Assembly: GCF_026169115.1 (NCBI RefSeq)
Contig: NZ_JAPFEA010000153.1
Span: 4,884 to 68,883 of the forward strand
Length of the DNA: 64,000 bases
Origin: Intestinimonas sp.
GTDB lineage: Bacteria > Bacillota > Clostridia > Oscillospirales > Oscillospiraceae
Direction: 5' to 3'
Shown here: positions 47,584 to 57,133 of the stretch, piece after piece
Numbering within the stretch: position 1 is the stretch's first letter
How the letters are laid out: each line of letters opens with the position of its first letter
Position numbers and translations under genes: made by a program
Notes under the pieces: model-generated
What the model was told of the DNA's origin: nothing
Databases searched by the model: none
Seen by the model: only the letters and a program-made list of their open reading frames with translations

Positions 47584-50271
47584 ATGGCGACCACACAAAG
47601 GAAGACCACAGGAGGAAAGCGGACGGCCTCCTCCGGCAGCAAGCGGAGCGGCTCTGGAAGCTCCAGCGCCAAAAAGAGCGGCGGCAGCCGCACCAGAAGC
47701 GCCGCGCCGCCGCCCAGGCCCATCCGGCGGGAGGTGGGAGCGGTGGTCTGTCTGCTCCTGGCCTTTTTTGCCGCGTTTGGCTATTTCAACATTCAGGCGA
47801 TCTTTATTGACTTTTTTTGCAGCCTGCTCAAAGGGCTCTTTGGTTACGGCTTTTGGCTGGCGCCCCCTATGCTGGTGGTTGCCAGCTATATCCTGGCGTT
47901 TCACCGTGGCCGGCCGGTGCGGCTGCGATTGTGGTGCGCGCTGCTGACCCCCCTGGTCATGGGTGCGATTCTCCATCTTATCCTTTACAAAGAGGAGTTT
48001 GTCTTCGGACTGGAGGCGATCAAGGGGCTGTGGAAGCTGGGCCTGGAGGTCCGGTGCGGCGGGGCGGTGAGCGGTCTCATCGCAGAGACGCTTTCCCTGG
48101 TGTTCAGCGGCATCGGCGCTGGTCTGATCCTGGTGCTCTTCCAGGCGCTGATGCTGTTGGGCGCTTTCCACCTCTCCATTCCGGAGATCGTGGACGCCAT
48201 CCGTGACCGTCCCCGCCCCGAATATGAGTATGTAGAGGAGCCGAAGGCGGAGGAAAAGCCCGTCCGCCGGCGTCCGGAGCCGGAGCGGCGGCGGAGCGCC
48301 ATCGATATCCCTGTGGATGACGTCCCCATACCTCAGGAGGAAAGGCCCCAGGCCCGGGGGCTCTTTGCCCCGCGGAAGGAACGTTTGTTTGATCGAAAGG
48401 CCGGCGCCATGCCTCCGGATCAGGTGCTCACCGGCGCTCGACCCATGGTGGCAGAGCCGGAGCCCATTTCTACACCTGAGCCAGTGGCAGTCTCCATGCC
48501 TGAGCCGGAACCTGCTCCCATCCCCACACCTGCCCCGGAGCCGGAGATCCAGCCGACCCCCGAGGCTCCTGCGGCCCCACAGCCCATGCCAGAGATCGTC
48601 CGGGAGCCGGCGGTGGAGAAGGTCTCCGCCAAAGAGGCTCATGCGGAGGCAGTCCAGGTAGGGGAGGACATTGAGAAGAATCTGTCCGATTCGGTGCCCG
48701 CCGTGTACCAATATCCGCCGGTCTCCCTCCTTACCGAGGGCGGCAGCGACGTGGGGGCGGGGGCTCAGGCCGAGCTGAAAATGAACCAGGAGCGTCTGGC
48801 AGATACCATACGCTCCTTCGGCATCGAGGCACAGATCACCGATGTGACCCGGGGCCCCTCTGTGACCCGATATGAGGTGGAGCTGGATCAGGGCGTCCGT
48901 CTCAACAAGCTGACCAACCTCTCCGACGACATCGCCCTGGCCCTGGGGGCCACCGGCGTCCGTATTGCCCCCATCCCGGACAAGATCGCCACCGTGGGCA
49001 TTGAGGTGCCCAACAAGCTGGTGAGCCCCGTCCACATCCATGAGGTCATTGATTCCAAAACATTCCGGGACCACAGCTCCAAGGTGGCCTTTGCCGTGGG
49101 CAAGGACATCGCGGGCAACTGTATTGTCGGCAACATCGCCAAGCTGCCCCACCTGCTCATCGCCGGTACCACCGGCTCGGGTAAGTCGGTATGCACCAAC
49201 TCCCTCATCATCTCCCTGCTCTACAAGGCGACTCCGGAGGAGGTCCGCCTTATCATGGTGGACCCCAAGATGGTGGAGCTGGGCATTTACAATGGGATCC
49301 CCCACCTGCTCATCCCAGTGGTCACAGACCCCAAAAAGGCGGCGGGCGCCCTCCAGTGGGCAGTCACCGAGATGATGAAGCGATACCGGGCCTTTTCTGA
49401 GGTGGGGGTCCGGGACCTGGCCTCTTACAATGCCCATGCCGTCAAAACAGAGGGGATGGAGAAGCTGCCCCAGATCGTAGTGGTCATCGACGAGCTGGCC
49501 GACCTGATGCTGGTGGCGGCCAAGGAGGTGGAGGAGTCCATCTGCCGGGTGGCCCAGATGGGCCGTGCCGCCGGCATGCATCTCATCATTGCCACCCAGC
49601 GCCCCTCTGCCGATGTGATTACCGGCCTCATGAAGGCCAATATCCCCAGCCGGATCGCCTTCGCCGTGGCCTCCGCCCTGGAATCCCGCATCATCCTGGA
49701 CACCACCGGCGCAGAGAAGCTGGTGGGCCGGGGCGATATGCTCTATTTCCCTCTGGGCTCCGGTAAGCCCCAGCGTGTCCAGGGCTGTCTCATCTCCGAT
49801 GAGGAGGTGGCGGCGGTGGTCGGCTTCATCAAGGAGCAGAGCACCGTGGAGTATGACGAAGCTGTCATCCATGAAATTGAGCAGCATGCCGCCGAGAAGG
49901 AGAAGGGCGGAAAGGGCGTGGGAGGCTCTGCCCCCGAGGAAGTGGGAGATGATTATGACGAGTTGCTCCCCTCCGCCATTGAGGTGGTGGTGGAGACAGG
50001 GATGGCTTCTGTCTCCATGCTCCAGCGGCGGTTGAAGCTGGGCTATTCCCGGGCCGCCCGTCTGGTGGATCAGATGGAGGAAAAGGGTGTAGTGGGCCCC
50101 TTTGAGGGCTCCAAGCCCAGGCAGGTCCTCATCACCAAGGAGCAGTGGCAGGAGATGCAGTTCAAGCAGGGTCTGGTGGACCGGGCCCCTGAGCCGGTCC
50201 CCGATGAGCTGGAATTTGAGGGAGACGCCGTCCCGCAGAGCCGGGACATGCCCCCCTTTGATATGGAGTGA
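47584..50271 (+). CDS. ftsK: DNA translocase FtsK/SpoIIIE
   Basis: N-terminal TMs, Pro/Glu linker, PHLLIAGTTGSGKS, ATQRPS and gamma domain LQRRLKLGYSRAAR. Confidence 0.95.
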   Translation: MATTQRKTTGGKRTASSGSKRSGSGSSSAKKSGGSRTRSAAPPPRPIRREVGAVVCLLLAFFAAFGYFNIQAIFIDFFCSLLKGLFGYGFWLAPPMLVVASYILAFHRGRPVRLRLWCALLTPLVMGAILHLILYKEEFVFGLEAIKGLWKLGLEVRCGGAVSGLIAETLSLVFSGIGAGLILVLFQALMLLGAFHLSIPEIVDAIRDRPRPEYEYVEEPKAEEKPVRRRPEPERRRSAIDIPVDDVPIPQEERPQARGLFAPRKERLFDRKAGAMPPDQVLTGARPMVAEPEPISTPEPVAVSMPEPEPAPIPTPAPEPEIQPTPEAPAAPQPMPEIVREPAVEKVSAKEAHAEAVQVGEDIEKNLSDSVPAVYQYPPVSLLTEGGSDVGAGAQAELKMNQERLADTIRSFGIEAQITDVTRGPSVTRYEVELDQGVRLNKLTNLSDDIALALGATGVRIAPIPDKIATVGIEVPNKLVSPVHIHEVIDSKTFRDHSSKVAFAVGKDIAGNCIVGNIAKLPHLLIAGTTGSGKSVCTNSLIISLLYKATPEEVRLIMVDPKMVELGIYNGIPHLLIPVVTDPKKAAGALQWAVTEMMKRYRAFSEVGVRDLASYNAHAVKTEGMEKLPQIVVVIDELADLMLVAAKEVEESICRVAQMGRAAGMHLIIATQRPSADVITGLMKANIPSRIAFAVASALESRIILDTTGAEKLVGRGDMLYFPLGSGKPQRVQGCLISDEEVAAVVGFIKEQSTVEYDEAVIHEIEQHAAEKEKGGKGVGGSAPEEVGDDYDELLPSAIEVVVETGMASVSMLQRRLKLGYSRAARLVDQMEEKGVVGPFEGSKPRQVLITKEQWQEMQFKQGLVDRAPEPVPDELEFEGDAVPQSRDMPPFDME

Positions 50272-50279
50272 GGAGACGG

Positions 50280-50690
50280 ATGGAGTACAGGATCATACCT
50301 GCCGGCGAGCCGGAGACCAAGGCCGTGCATGCCGGTCTGAGGGCCTATAACAGGACCTTTGTACCGGATACGGAGGATCTTTCCCTGGCGGTGACCGATG
50401 AGACGGGAGCCGTCATCGGCGGCTGTGACGCCTTCCGTATGGGTACGCTGGCCCTGCTGGATGTGCTCTGGGTGGATGAAAAGCACCGGGGCGCCGGGCT
50501 GGGTCTGCGTATCCTGAAAGAGCTGGAGGAGACCGCCGCCGGGAAGGGAGCCAGGAGGCTGGAGCTCAATACCTTCGGCTTTCAGGCCCCCGGATTCTAT
50601 GAAAAGCTGGGCTACCGGCGCTTCGGTGCGGTGGAGCCGGCGGCAGGGACCTACGGCCACTACTTTTATGTCAAAGAGCTGAAAGAGTGA
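50280..50690 (+). CDS. GNAT N-acetyltransferase
   Basis: LWVDEKHRGAGLG and TFGFQAPGFYEKLGY. Confidence 0.9.
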   Translation: MEYRIIPAGEPETKAVHAGLRAYNRTFVPDTEDLSLAVTDETGAVIGGCDAFRMGTLALLDVLWVDEKHRGAGLGLRILKELEETAAGKGARRLELNTFGFQAPGFYEKLGYRRFGAVEPAAGTYGHYFYVKELKE

Positions 50691-50695
50691 TGAAG

Positions 50696-50742
50696 AGTCC
50701 CTGTCCTCGCGGTCCTGATGGGCCGCGAGGACAGGGACTTTC
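50696..50742. terminator. Hairpin between convergent GNAT and ypeB
   Basis: AGTCCCTGTCCTCGCGG...CCGCGAGGACAGGGACTTT. Confidence 0.75.
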
Positions 50743-50760
50743 TGTATCCAGAGACCCGGC

Positions 50761-52131
50761 TCAGAGGACCAGGGTGCCGTTTTCATCTTCCAGCAGCAGA
50801 AGGAGCTTTTCCTCCTGACCGTTTTGGGCGTTGACATAGACGATGACGTGATGGCCGTCTGCGTCCTCGCATTTGAACTCATGACAGAGGACTTCATATG
50901 CCCCTCCGGTGGGGATGAGGGCGAGCTGGTGAGAGAGAACTGTGAGATCAGGGGAGACGATGGTCTGGGCCTCCTCCGCAGCGACAGCCGGGGAGGGGAG
51001 ATCCCGGACCACGTGGTTCATAAGATACCCCCTGGACTCAAAGCCAACCACACGGCCGGTGTCCAGGGCCACCGAGACCTTGACCAGGTCCGGGTAACAG
51101 ATCACGTCCCCCTGAGTCGCGGCAAAGTTGATGGTGACCACGCCGCCCTGGTCGATGAAATAGCTCTCCCGCATGTCGGGGTAGCCACGCCGGGCCAGAA
51201 AATCCCGGGCCAGAGCTGCGGCCTCCTCCTGGGTGAGGACGGCGGCGCTGGCAGAGCGGGAGCTGATGGCTTCCAGCACCAGGCCGCCCCGCCTGGTCAC
51301 CTCCACATACAGCTCCCCGCCGTCCACTGCGGCGGAAAAGCCGTAGGCGGGCAGTGTTCCTTCACCGGCGGAGACCAGGGAGAACAGAGCCGCTTCCAGG
51401 TTGAAAAATTTTGCGGCGGCGAGGCGGGCATCCTCCTGGGTGACCTCCGGCAGTCCGGCCAGCATGCGGGAAGACCGGTCGGCGATGTGGTCGGAGAAGG
51501 GGCCGTCATAGATCAGGGCAGGGAGGGCGGGGAAGTCGCTTTCCACTGTCTGATAGACGGAGCCGGCCAGCTCCTGCCCGGCGGGCTCCCTGGCGGAGAG
51601 CCGGGCCTCGGCTGCGTCCACGTCCTCCAGCGCGGCCGCCCCAGAGAGGAGGTCGCTTTGAAGAGCGGCCACCTGACCGGACAGCGTAGCCGCCGCATCG
51701 GCCAGACTCCGCAGCCCTTCCCGCTCCGCATCGGAACAGATGCCGTTGACCGCCGCCGAACGGGAGAGAGCGGCGGCATAGTCGCCGGTCTTGGCCAGAA
51801 AGGCGGCGGTCTGCTCCAGCTCAATATTGCCGTAGGGAAGCTCGCCCAGGGCCATCTGGGCCGACATGGCCCGCCCAAAGATCTGGGTACACAGGGCGCC
51901 CAGCATAGAGGGGGTAGTGGCGTACACCCCCTTTTGCAGGTCGGTGTTGAGCTGATTCAAATTGGCAGAGAGTTCGGCAAAGGCGTGCAGCCGGCTGTTG
52001 GAAAGGGCGCGCCGGCAGGCTGCGGCCTCCAGCTGCCCCTGGACGGCCAGCCCGGCGGTCACCGCAAAGGCGGCGGCCAGAAAGCTCACCCGCCGCACCA
52101 GCCGTCTGCCGCCCCATTTCCTTCGTTCCAT
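50761..52131 (-). CDS. ypeB: Spore germination protein YpeB (PepSY domains)
   Basis: N-terminal TM, FPALIYDGPFSDH, YPDLVKVSVALDTG, EVLCHEF and YVNAQNGQEE. Confidence 0.88.
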   Translation of the reverse strand: MERRKWGGRRLVRRVSFLAAAFAVTAGLAVQGQLEAAACRRALSNSRLHAFAELSANLNQLNTDLQKGVYATTPSMLGALCTQIFGRAMSAQMALGELPYGNIELEQTAAFLAKTGDYAAALSRSAAVNGICSDAEREGLRSLADAAATLSGQVAALQSDLLSGAAALEDVDAAEARLSAREPAGQELAGSVYQTVESDFPALPALIYDGPFSDHIADRSSRMLAGLPEVTQEDARLAAAKFFNLEAALFSLVSAGEGTLPAYGFSAAVDGGELYVEVTRRGGLVLEAISSRSASAAVLTQEEAAALARDFLARRGYPDMRESYFIDQGGVVTINFAATQGDVICYPDLVKVSVALDTGRVVGFESRGYLMNHVVRDLPSPAVAAEEAQTIVSPDLTVLSHQLALIPTGGAYEVLCHEFKCEDADGHHVIVYVNAQNGQEEKLLLLLEDENGTLVL

Positions 52132-52153
52132 CGTGTGCGCCTCCTTTCCATTC

Positions 52154-52183
52154 TAGGATGGACGGCAGCGGAGGAAGTCATTC
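52154..52183 (-). promoter_or_regulatory. Forespore SigG-type promoter of ypeB
   Basis: Minus strand GAATG-N18-CATCCTA matches GHATR-N17/18-CATNHTA, just upstream of the AAAGGAGG RBS. Confidence 0.7.
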
Positions 52184-52297
52184 GGTGTCAGGGCCTGAAA
52201 TTTTTGGTGCAAACCATGTGCAGCAAGGCTATTGTATTTTAAGGCAATCATTACTATAATGAAACCGTTACATTTTGGAAGAGAGAAGGCATGTATT

Positions 52298-53870
52298 ATG
52301 AAGAAAAAACATCTCTTAGGAGTCCTCCTGACTCTCTGCCTGGTGGTGGGGCTGTTGCCCGCCCCGGCGCTGGCCGCCTCCGACCAGGTGGCTCTGAAGC
52401 TGGGGAGCGCCTGGTGCGCCATCGACACCCAGGTCGTCCAGGTGGATGAGAGCAACGCCCAGGTCACCCCCTATGCGGTCCAGTTCAATGGCGGCGGTTA
52501 TACGCTGCTGCCCATCCGTCGCGTGCTGGAGGCGTTCGGCGGCTCTGTGGAGTGGGTCCCGGCCACCGGCGGAGTGCTCTGCACCCTCAACGGACGGCAA
52601 GTGGAGCTGGCGCCAGGCTCTGCCCAGGCTACGGTGGATGGTAAGTCCGTCGCCATGGATGTGCCTGCCGAGGCCAGGAATGACCGCACCTTTGTACCTG
52701 TCCGGTTCGTCTCCGAGAACCTGGGGCTCTCCGTGTCCTATGAGCCCACCAACCAGATCGTGGTGGTGAGCGCCGCCCCGGTGGACCAGAACAACCTCAC
52801 CAGCCTGACCAGTGTGAAGGCCCTGACGGCGAAGCTGGCCAGCATTCAGCCTGCCGTCCAGCCCGTCACATACCAGGAGGGGAGCTACGCTCTGCCCTCC
52901 GGCACGGTGAGTGCAAAGGTCATTGCTGTGAACATGAGCGATCCCCGCGTCTCTGTGCGGAGTGCTATCGTGGGCAATCGGCTCAACGCCACCGCCGATT
53001 TTGGCAGCATCGTCTCCTATTCCGGGGGCGCAGCAGCCGTCATCAACGCCAACTTCTTTGAGTCCTATGAGGATGTCAAGGACCCCATTGGCCCTGTTAT
53101 GGTGGGCGGTAACTTTGTCTATGGCAACAGTGGCTCTCTGACCTCTCTGGGCATCACGGCGGACGGCAGGATGTACTATGCGGCCCTCCGTCTTCTATCG
53201 GGTCATCACCACCGATGGCGGCGCTGCCCAGCAGTGGTCCGGCTATAATCTCAACGTCTTTGAGCAGTATGCTGACGGCTCCGTCCTCTATACGCCTGCC
53301 CGTGGTGAAAGTGTGCCTGTGACCTGTGCCGGCGCCGCTCTGACTGTCCGCAACGGCGTTACCACCGACTACCGCGCTGTGGCGGCGGGGGAGAGCCTGA
53401 CCATTCCCGCCGATGGCTATGTGCTGTGGATGGGCTCCGCTTTCACCGCCACCCACTACTATCAGATCCCTGAGCTGGGCCGCACCGTGGCCATGGAGCC
53501 CTATCTGCGTGTGGAGGACGAGGAGGGCTTTGTCATGGACGGCGTTACCTCCCTCATCTCCGGCGCGCCCCGTCTGGTAAAGGACGGCGCCATCGAGACC
53601 TATCTGGACCCCGGCTTCACCGAGGCCCGCTTCACCACCAGCATCACCCCCCGCACCGCCGTTGGCACCACCGCCGACGGAAAGCTGCTGTTGGTCAGCG
53701 TCCCCTCCGCCTCCATCCAGCAGATGCGGGAGCTCATGCTCCAGCTGGGCTGCCAGGACGCCATCAACCTGGACGGCGGCGCCTCCACCGCTATGTACTA
53801 CAACGGCCAGACGCTGGCAACCCCCGGCCGCCAGCTCACCACCACCCTCCAGGTCTTTGTAAACCCCTGA
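52298..53870 (+). pseudogene. Secreted copper-amine-oxidase-N (stalk) + phosphodiester glycosidase (NAGPA-like) protein, frameshifted near 53180
   Basis: The first frame has a signal peptide, RTFVPVRFVSENLG and AVINANFF. The second frame has GAPRLV, PRTAVG and AINLDGGAST. The NAGPA domain is split across the frame change at TAT-G-CGG (53177-53183). Confidence 0.8.
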
Positions 53871-53879
53871 TAAATGCGA

Positions 53880-53930
53880 AACGGCCCCGGCGCAGAAAGT
53901 TGGTTTCTGCGCCGGGGCCTCTTTCTGTTT
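53880..53930. terminator. Hairpin between convergent genes
   Basis: GGCCCCGGCGCAGAAA...TTTCTGCGCCGGGGCC followed by a T-rich tract. Confidence 0.75.
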
Positions 53931-54931
53931 TAGTCCGACAGCGGTGTGAGGAAGATGTGCTCCACCCCCAAGGAGTTGGGAGCTGTCTGGTCGATGAGGG
54001 CCAGGATCTCGTCCCGGCTCCCCTGGACGCAGAAGTTTTGACTCCGGAAGTCTTCCAGCTTCCGGGCGGAGGCCAGGGTCTCCTCCATCACACTGGCCTT
54101 GAGGTAGGTGCCCTTGTCGGCAGAGTGGATGCCCAGGGAGGTGAGGAGCTCTGGCTGGGTGAGGAGGAGCTCCAGGTTGTCGGCGTAGTACTGGATCAGC
54201 TCCTGCTCGTTCAGCTCTCTGGGAACGGGTTCCTTGTTAAAGAGTACGGCCGGGGCCAGGTTGACGCCGCCATTGTATTCCACGTCCGGGTCATAGACCT
54301 GGGCCCAGGCCACCTCCGCCGGCAGGGCCCGCAGTTCCTCCAGGGTGAGGGGGGCGTCCAGCCCCACGGACAGCCGGATATAGGCCGAGGAGGGCAGCAT
54401 TTCCAGCTCGGTGAGAAGTCTGGAGCGGTCGAGAAAGTCCCGGTCAAACCGGTTGATGATGTGGATCAGCTTCCTGGTGGGGTCGGAGGTCACCTCAGCT
54501 TTTCCCAGGCGGATGGCCATGTGGACGCCGCTGTCAGCATTCATATAGGCACGCAGATTTTGGGGACCAAGTGTATAGAGCGTAACGTCGTAGGTGCCGA
54601 AGCCGGTGTCTTTGATGCTGGTGCCGGTGATTCGGACGTAGGGCGTCATGGTGCCGAAATAGGCGTTGAGGTAGGCAGTAAAGTCCCGGCGTCCGTCCTC
54701 CTCCATGGGGATGGGGTTGAAGGTGGAGAACTTAATCAGCGGGTGGATGAGACCAAAGAGCAGGGCAGCGCAGATGGCCACCGCCAGCAGGGTCTTGAGA
54801 CAGATGCTGCGCACCCGGCGGTGGATGAGCTTTTCCAGGGCCAGCAGCTCCTCTTGGGCATGCTGCATGGATGCTTCCTCCGGTGCGCCCAGGTCCTCCA
54901 GGCGGCGGTCCAGGTCGTCAGGTCGTGTCAT
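53930..54931 (-). CDS. Membrane anti-sigma factor (YhdL/Sigma_reg-like)
   Basis: Short cytoplasmic N-terminus, one TM, extracellular domain. Overlaps the ECF sigma stop. Confidence 0.7.
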   Translation of the reverse strand: MTRPDDLDRRLEDLGAPEEASMQHAQEELLALEKLIHRRVRSICLKTLLAVAICAALLFGLIHPLIKFSTFNPIPMEEDGRRDFTAYLNAYFGTMTPYVRITGTSIKDTGFGTYDVTLYTLGPQNLRAYMNADSGVHMAIRLGKAEVTSDPTRKLIHIINRFDRDFLDRSRLLTELEMLPSSAYIRLSVGLDAPLTLEELRALPAEVAWAQVYDPDVEYNGGVNLAPAVLFNKEPVPRELNEQELIQYYADNLELLLTQPELLTSLGIHSADKGTYLKASVMEETLASARKLEDFRSQNFCVQGSRDEILALIDQTAPNSLGVEHIFLTPLSD

Positions 54932-55422
54932 GATGGCTCCTCCTTTCCCAGCTCCTCCCGGAGCCGGCGCTTGGCCCGGGACCGGAGCTGACGGACATTT
55001 TCACGGGTGATGTGGTGGGTGTCGGCGATCTCGCTGTCGGTGAGGCCGAAGTAGACGCCATCCAGCAGAATGGCCCGCTGGAGGTCGGGCAGACGGGCGA
55101 TGGCGGCGTAGAGCCTCCGCTTCTCCTCGTCGGCGATGAGCTGCTCCGGCAGAGAGGGGGAGGGGTCGGCCAGGTGCTCCGGTAGGTCCTCCACGCCCCA
55201 TTTGACCCGGTGCCGCCGCTGGTTGAGATACTCGTTGCGCAGCACCTTCACCAGCCAGTGGTTCAGGCTGCCGGTGGCACGGTAGGAGAGGAGGGCCTTG
55301 AGAAAGGCGGACTGGACCAGATCCTCGGCCTCCTCCCGGCTGCCGCACAGTGCGTAGGCGTAGAGCAGAAGAGGACGCCGCCGGGTCTCGTAGACCTGGC
55401 GCAGCAGTTCATGGTCTGTCAT
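54928..55422 (-). CDS. ECF RNA polymerase sigma factor
   Basis: AEDLVQSAFLKA, WLVKVLRN and region 4 SEIA...ENVRQLRSRAKRRLR. Confidence 0.92.
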   Translation of the reverse strand: MTDHELLRQVYETRRRPLLLYAYALCGSREEAEDLVQSAFLKALLSYRATGSLNHWLVKVLRNEYLNQRRHRVKWGVEDLPEHLADPSPSLPEQLIADEEKRRLYAAIARLPDLQRAILLDGVYFGLTDSEIADTHHITRENVRQLRSRAKRRLREELGKEEPS

Positions 55423-55454
55423 GGCGCTCCCTCCTTCGTTGTCCTCTCTACTAA

Positions 55455-55484
55455 GAATAACACGGTCAGGCCGCTTTTGTGACA
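55455..55484 (-). promoter_or_regulatory. Putative ECF autoregulatory promoter
   Basis: Minus strand TGTCACA...CGTGTTAT just upstream of the sigma RBS, resembling ECF TGTCACA-type -35 elements. Confidence 0.5.
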
Positions 55485-55486
55485 AC

Positions 55487-55520
55487 AAAAATGGAGCATC
55501 GCAGCTGCGATGCTCCATTT
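55487..55520 (-). terminator. Terminator after gltX
   Basis: AAATGGAGCATCGCA-GC-TGCGATGCTCCATTT. Confidence 0.75.
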
Positions 55521-55536
55521 CTTATAAATTGAACGC

Positions 55537-57027
55537 TTACAGGGCGGCGGAGACCTTCTCCAGGCCCAGCTTCAGCCGGCGGAGGGTCTCATCTCTGCCG
55601 AGGATGCGGCAGATCTCCACGGCGCCGCCGGGGGTCACCGCCTTGCCGGCGGCGGCGATGCGCACCGGCCACATGAGGGTGGCGTTCTTCACGCCCAGGG
55701 ATTCGGCCAGGGAGACCAAAGTGTCGTGGATGGTGTCGTCGGTCCAGCCGCCGACGGCCTCCAGAGCGGGGATAGCGGCCTCCAGCATGGCCTTGGAGAC
55801 CTCGGCGTTGGTCTTGGACTTCTTGTTGGTGAAGAGGTCGGCGCCGTACTCGGGCAGGGTGTCGAAGAAGTCCAGCTTCTCCGGGATGTCGGTAAGGCGC
55901 TCGCACCGGGCCTGGAGGAGGGCGGCGATCTCCCGGGAGGAGTAGGCTTCATTTTTTACAGCCTGACGGATGTAGGGCTCCGCCACGGCGTGGAAGTCCT
56001 CGGGGGAGAGGGACCGGAGGTAGTGGGCGTTGAAGTAGGTGAGCTTTTCGATGTCAAAGATGGCGGGGGACTTGGAGATGCCCTCGACGTCAAAGATCCC
56101 GGCCAGCTCCTCCAGGGTGAAGAACTCCCGCTCCACGTTCTCGCCCCGGGGGGACCAGCCCAGGAGGGTCACATAGTTGACCACGGCCTCGGAGAGGTAG
56201 CCCATGGCCAGCAGGTCCTCGTAGGAGGGGTCGCCCTTCCGCTTGGACATCTTGTTGTGCTGGTCCCGCATGACGGGGGAACAGTGAATATAGGTGGGGA
56301 CCGCCCAGCCAAAGCCCTCGTAGAGCAGGTTATACTTGGGTGCGGAGGAGAGGTACTCGCTGCCGCGGACCACATGGGTGATACCCATAAGGTGGTCGTC
56401 GATGACGTTGGCGAAGTTGTAGGTGGGCAGGCCGTCCCGCTTGATGAGCACCTGATCGTCCAGGGTGTCGTTCTCCACGGTGATATCGCCGAATACGGCG
56501 TCATGGAAGGTGGTGTGGCCCCCCTTGGGGATCTTCTGCCGGATCACGTAGGGGACGCCGGCGGCCACCTTGGCCTTGGCCTCCTCGTGGGAGAGGGTGC
56601 GGCAGGGGTCGTCGGGGCGGTCAAAATTGCCGCTGTCTTCTTCAGACTCGGCCTTTTCGCAGAAGCAGTAGTAGGCGTGACCCAACTCCACCAGGCGCTG
56701 GGCGTATTTTCCATAGAGGTCCCGGCGCTCGGTCTGGATATAAGGGCCAACGGGGCCGCCCACGTCGGGACCCTCGTCCCAGGTGAGGCCGCACTTGCGC
56801 AGGGTGTTATAGATGACCTCGGTGGCGCCCTCTACCAGGCGGCCCTGGTCGGTGTCCTCAATGCGCAGGATGAACTTGCCGCCGCTGTGGCGGGCAATGA
56901 GCCAGGTATAGAGGGCGGTGCGCAGATTGCCCACGTGCATATACCCGGTGGGAGAGGGGGCAAAGCGGGTGCGGACCTCCCCCTGGGGGATGCGGGCTTC
57001 CATATCGTCAAACCACTGTTTTCCCAA
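55537..57027 (-). CDS. gltX: Glutamyl-tRNA synthetase
   Basis: VRTRFAPSPTGYMHVGN, RIEDTDQ, THVVRGSEY and KMSKR. TTG start after GGAGG. Promoter TTGACA-17-TACAAT at 57060-57088. Confidence 0.96.
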   Translation of the reverse strand: MGKQWFDDMEARIPQGEVRTRFAPSPTGYMHVGNLRTALYTWLIARHSGGKFILRIEDTDQGRLVEGATEVIYNTLRKCGLTWDEGPDVGGPVGPYIQTERRDLYGKYAQRLVELGHAYYCFCEKAESEEDSGNFDRPDDPCRTLSHEEAKAKVAAGVPYVIRQKIPKGGHTTFHDAVFGDITVENDTLDDQVLIKRDGLPTYNFANVIDDHLMGITHVVRGSEYLSSAPKYNLLYEGFGWAVPTYIHCSPVMRDQHNKMSKRKGDPSYEDLLAMGYLSEAVVNYVTLLGWSPRGENVEREFFTLEELAGIFDVEGISKSPAIFDIEKLTYFNAHYLRSLSPEDFHAVAEPYIRQAVKNEAYSSREIAALLQARCERLTDIPEKLDFFDTLPEYGADLFTNKKSKTNAEVSKAMLEAAIPALEAVGGWTDDTIHDTLVSLAESLGVKNATLMWPVRIAAAGKAVTPGGAVEICRILGRDETLRRLKLGLEKVSAAL

Positions 57028-57133
57028 AGTGAATTCCTCCAAAATGTTCATGTGCTACCATTGTAAACATATGGAGGGAGCTTGTCAAGCGGGGAGCGGT
57101 CCCCATTGGGGAACTGTGGCTGCCAGGACAGCG

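Noticed and set aside
48450-48610. GAGCCG / PEP repeats as a possible repeat array
   Set aside because: This is the ordinary Pro-rich FtsK linker, with no spacers or constant repeat unit.
57028-57088. Leaderless gltX starting at ATG 57051, 8 nt after the -10 box
   Set aside because: A GGAGG RBS with an in-frame TTG at 57027 is the simpler explanation. Not fully excluded.
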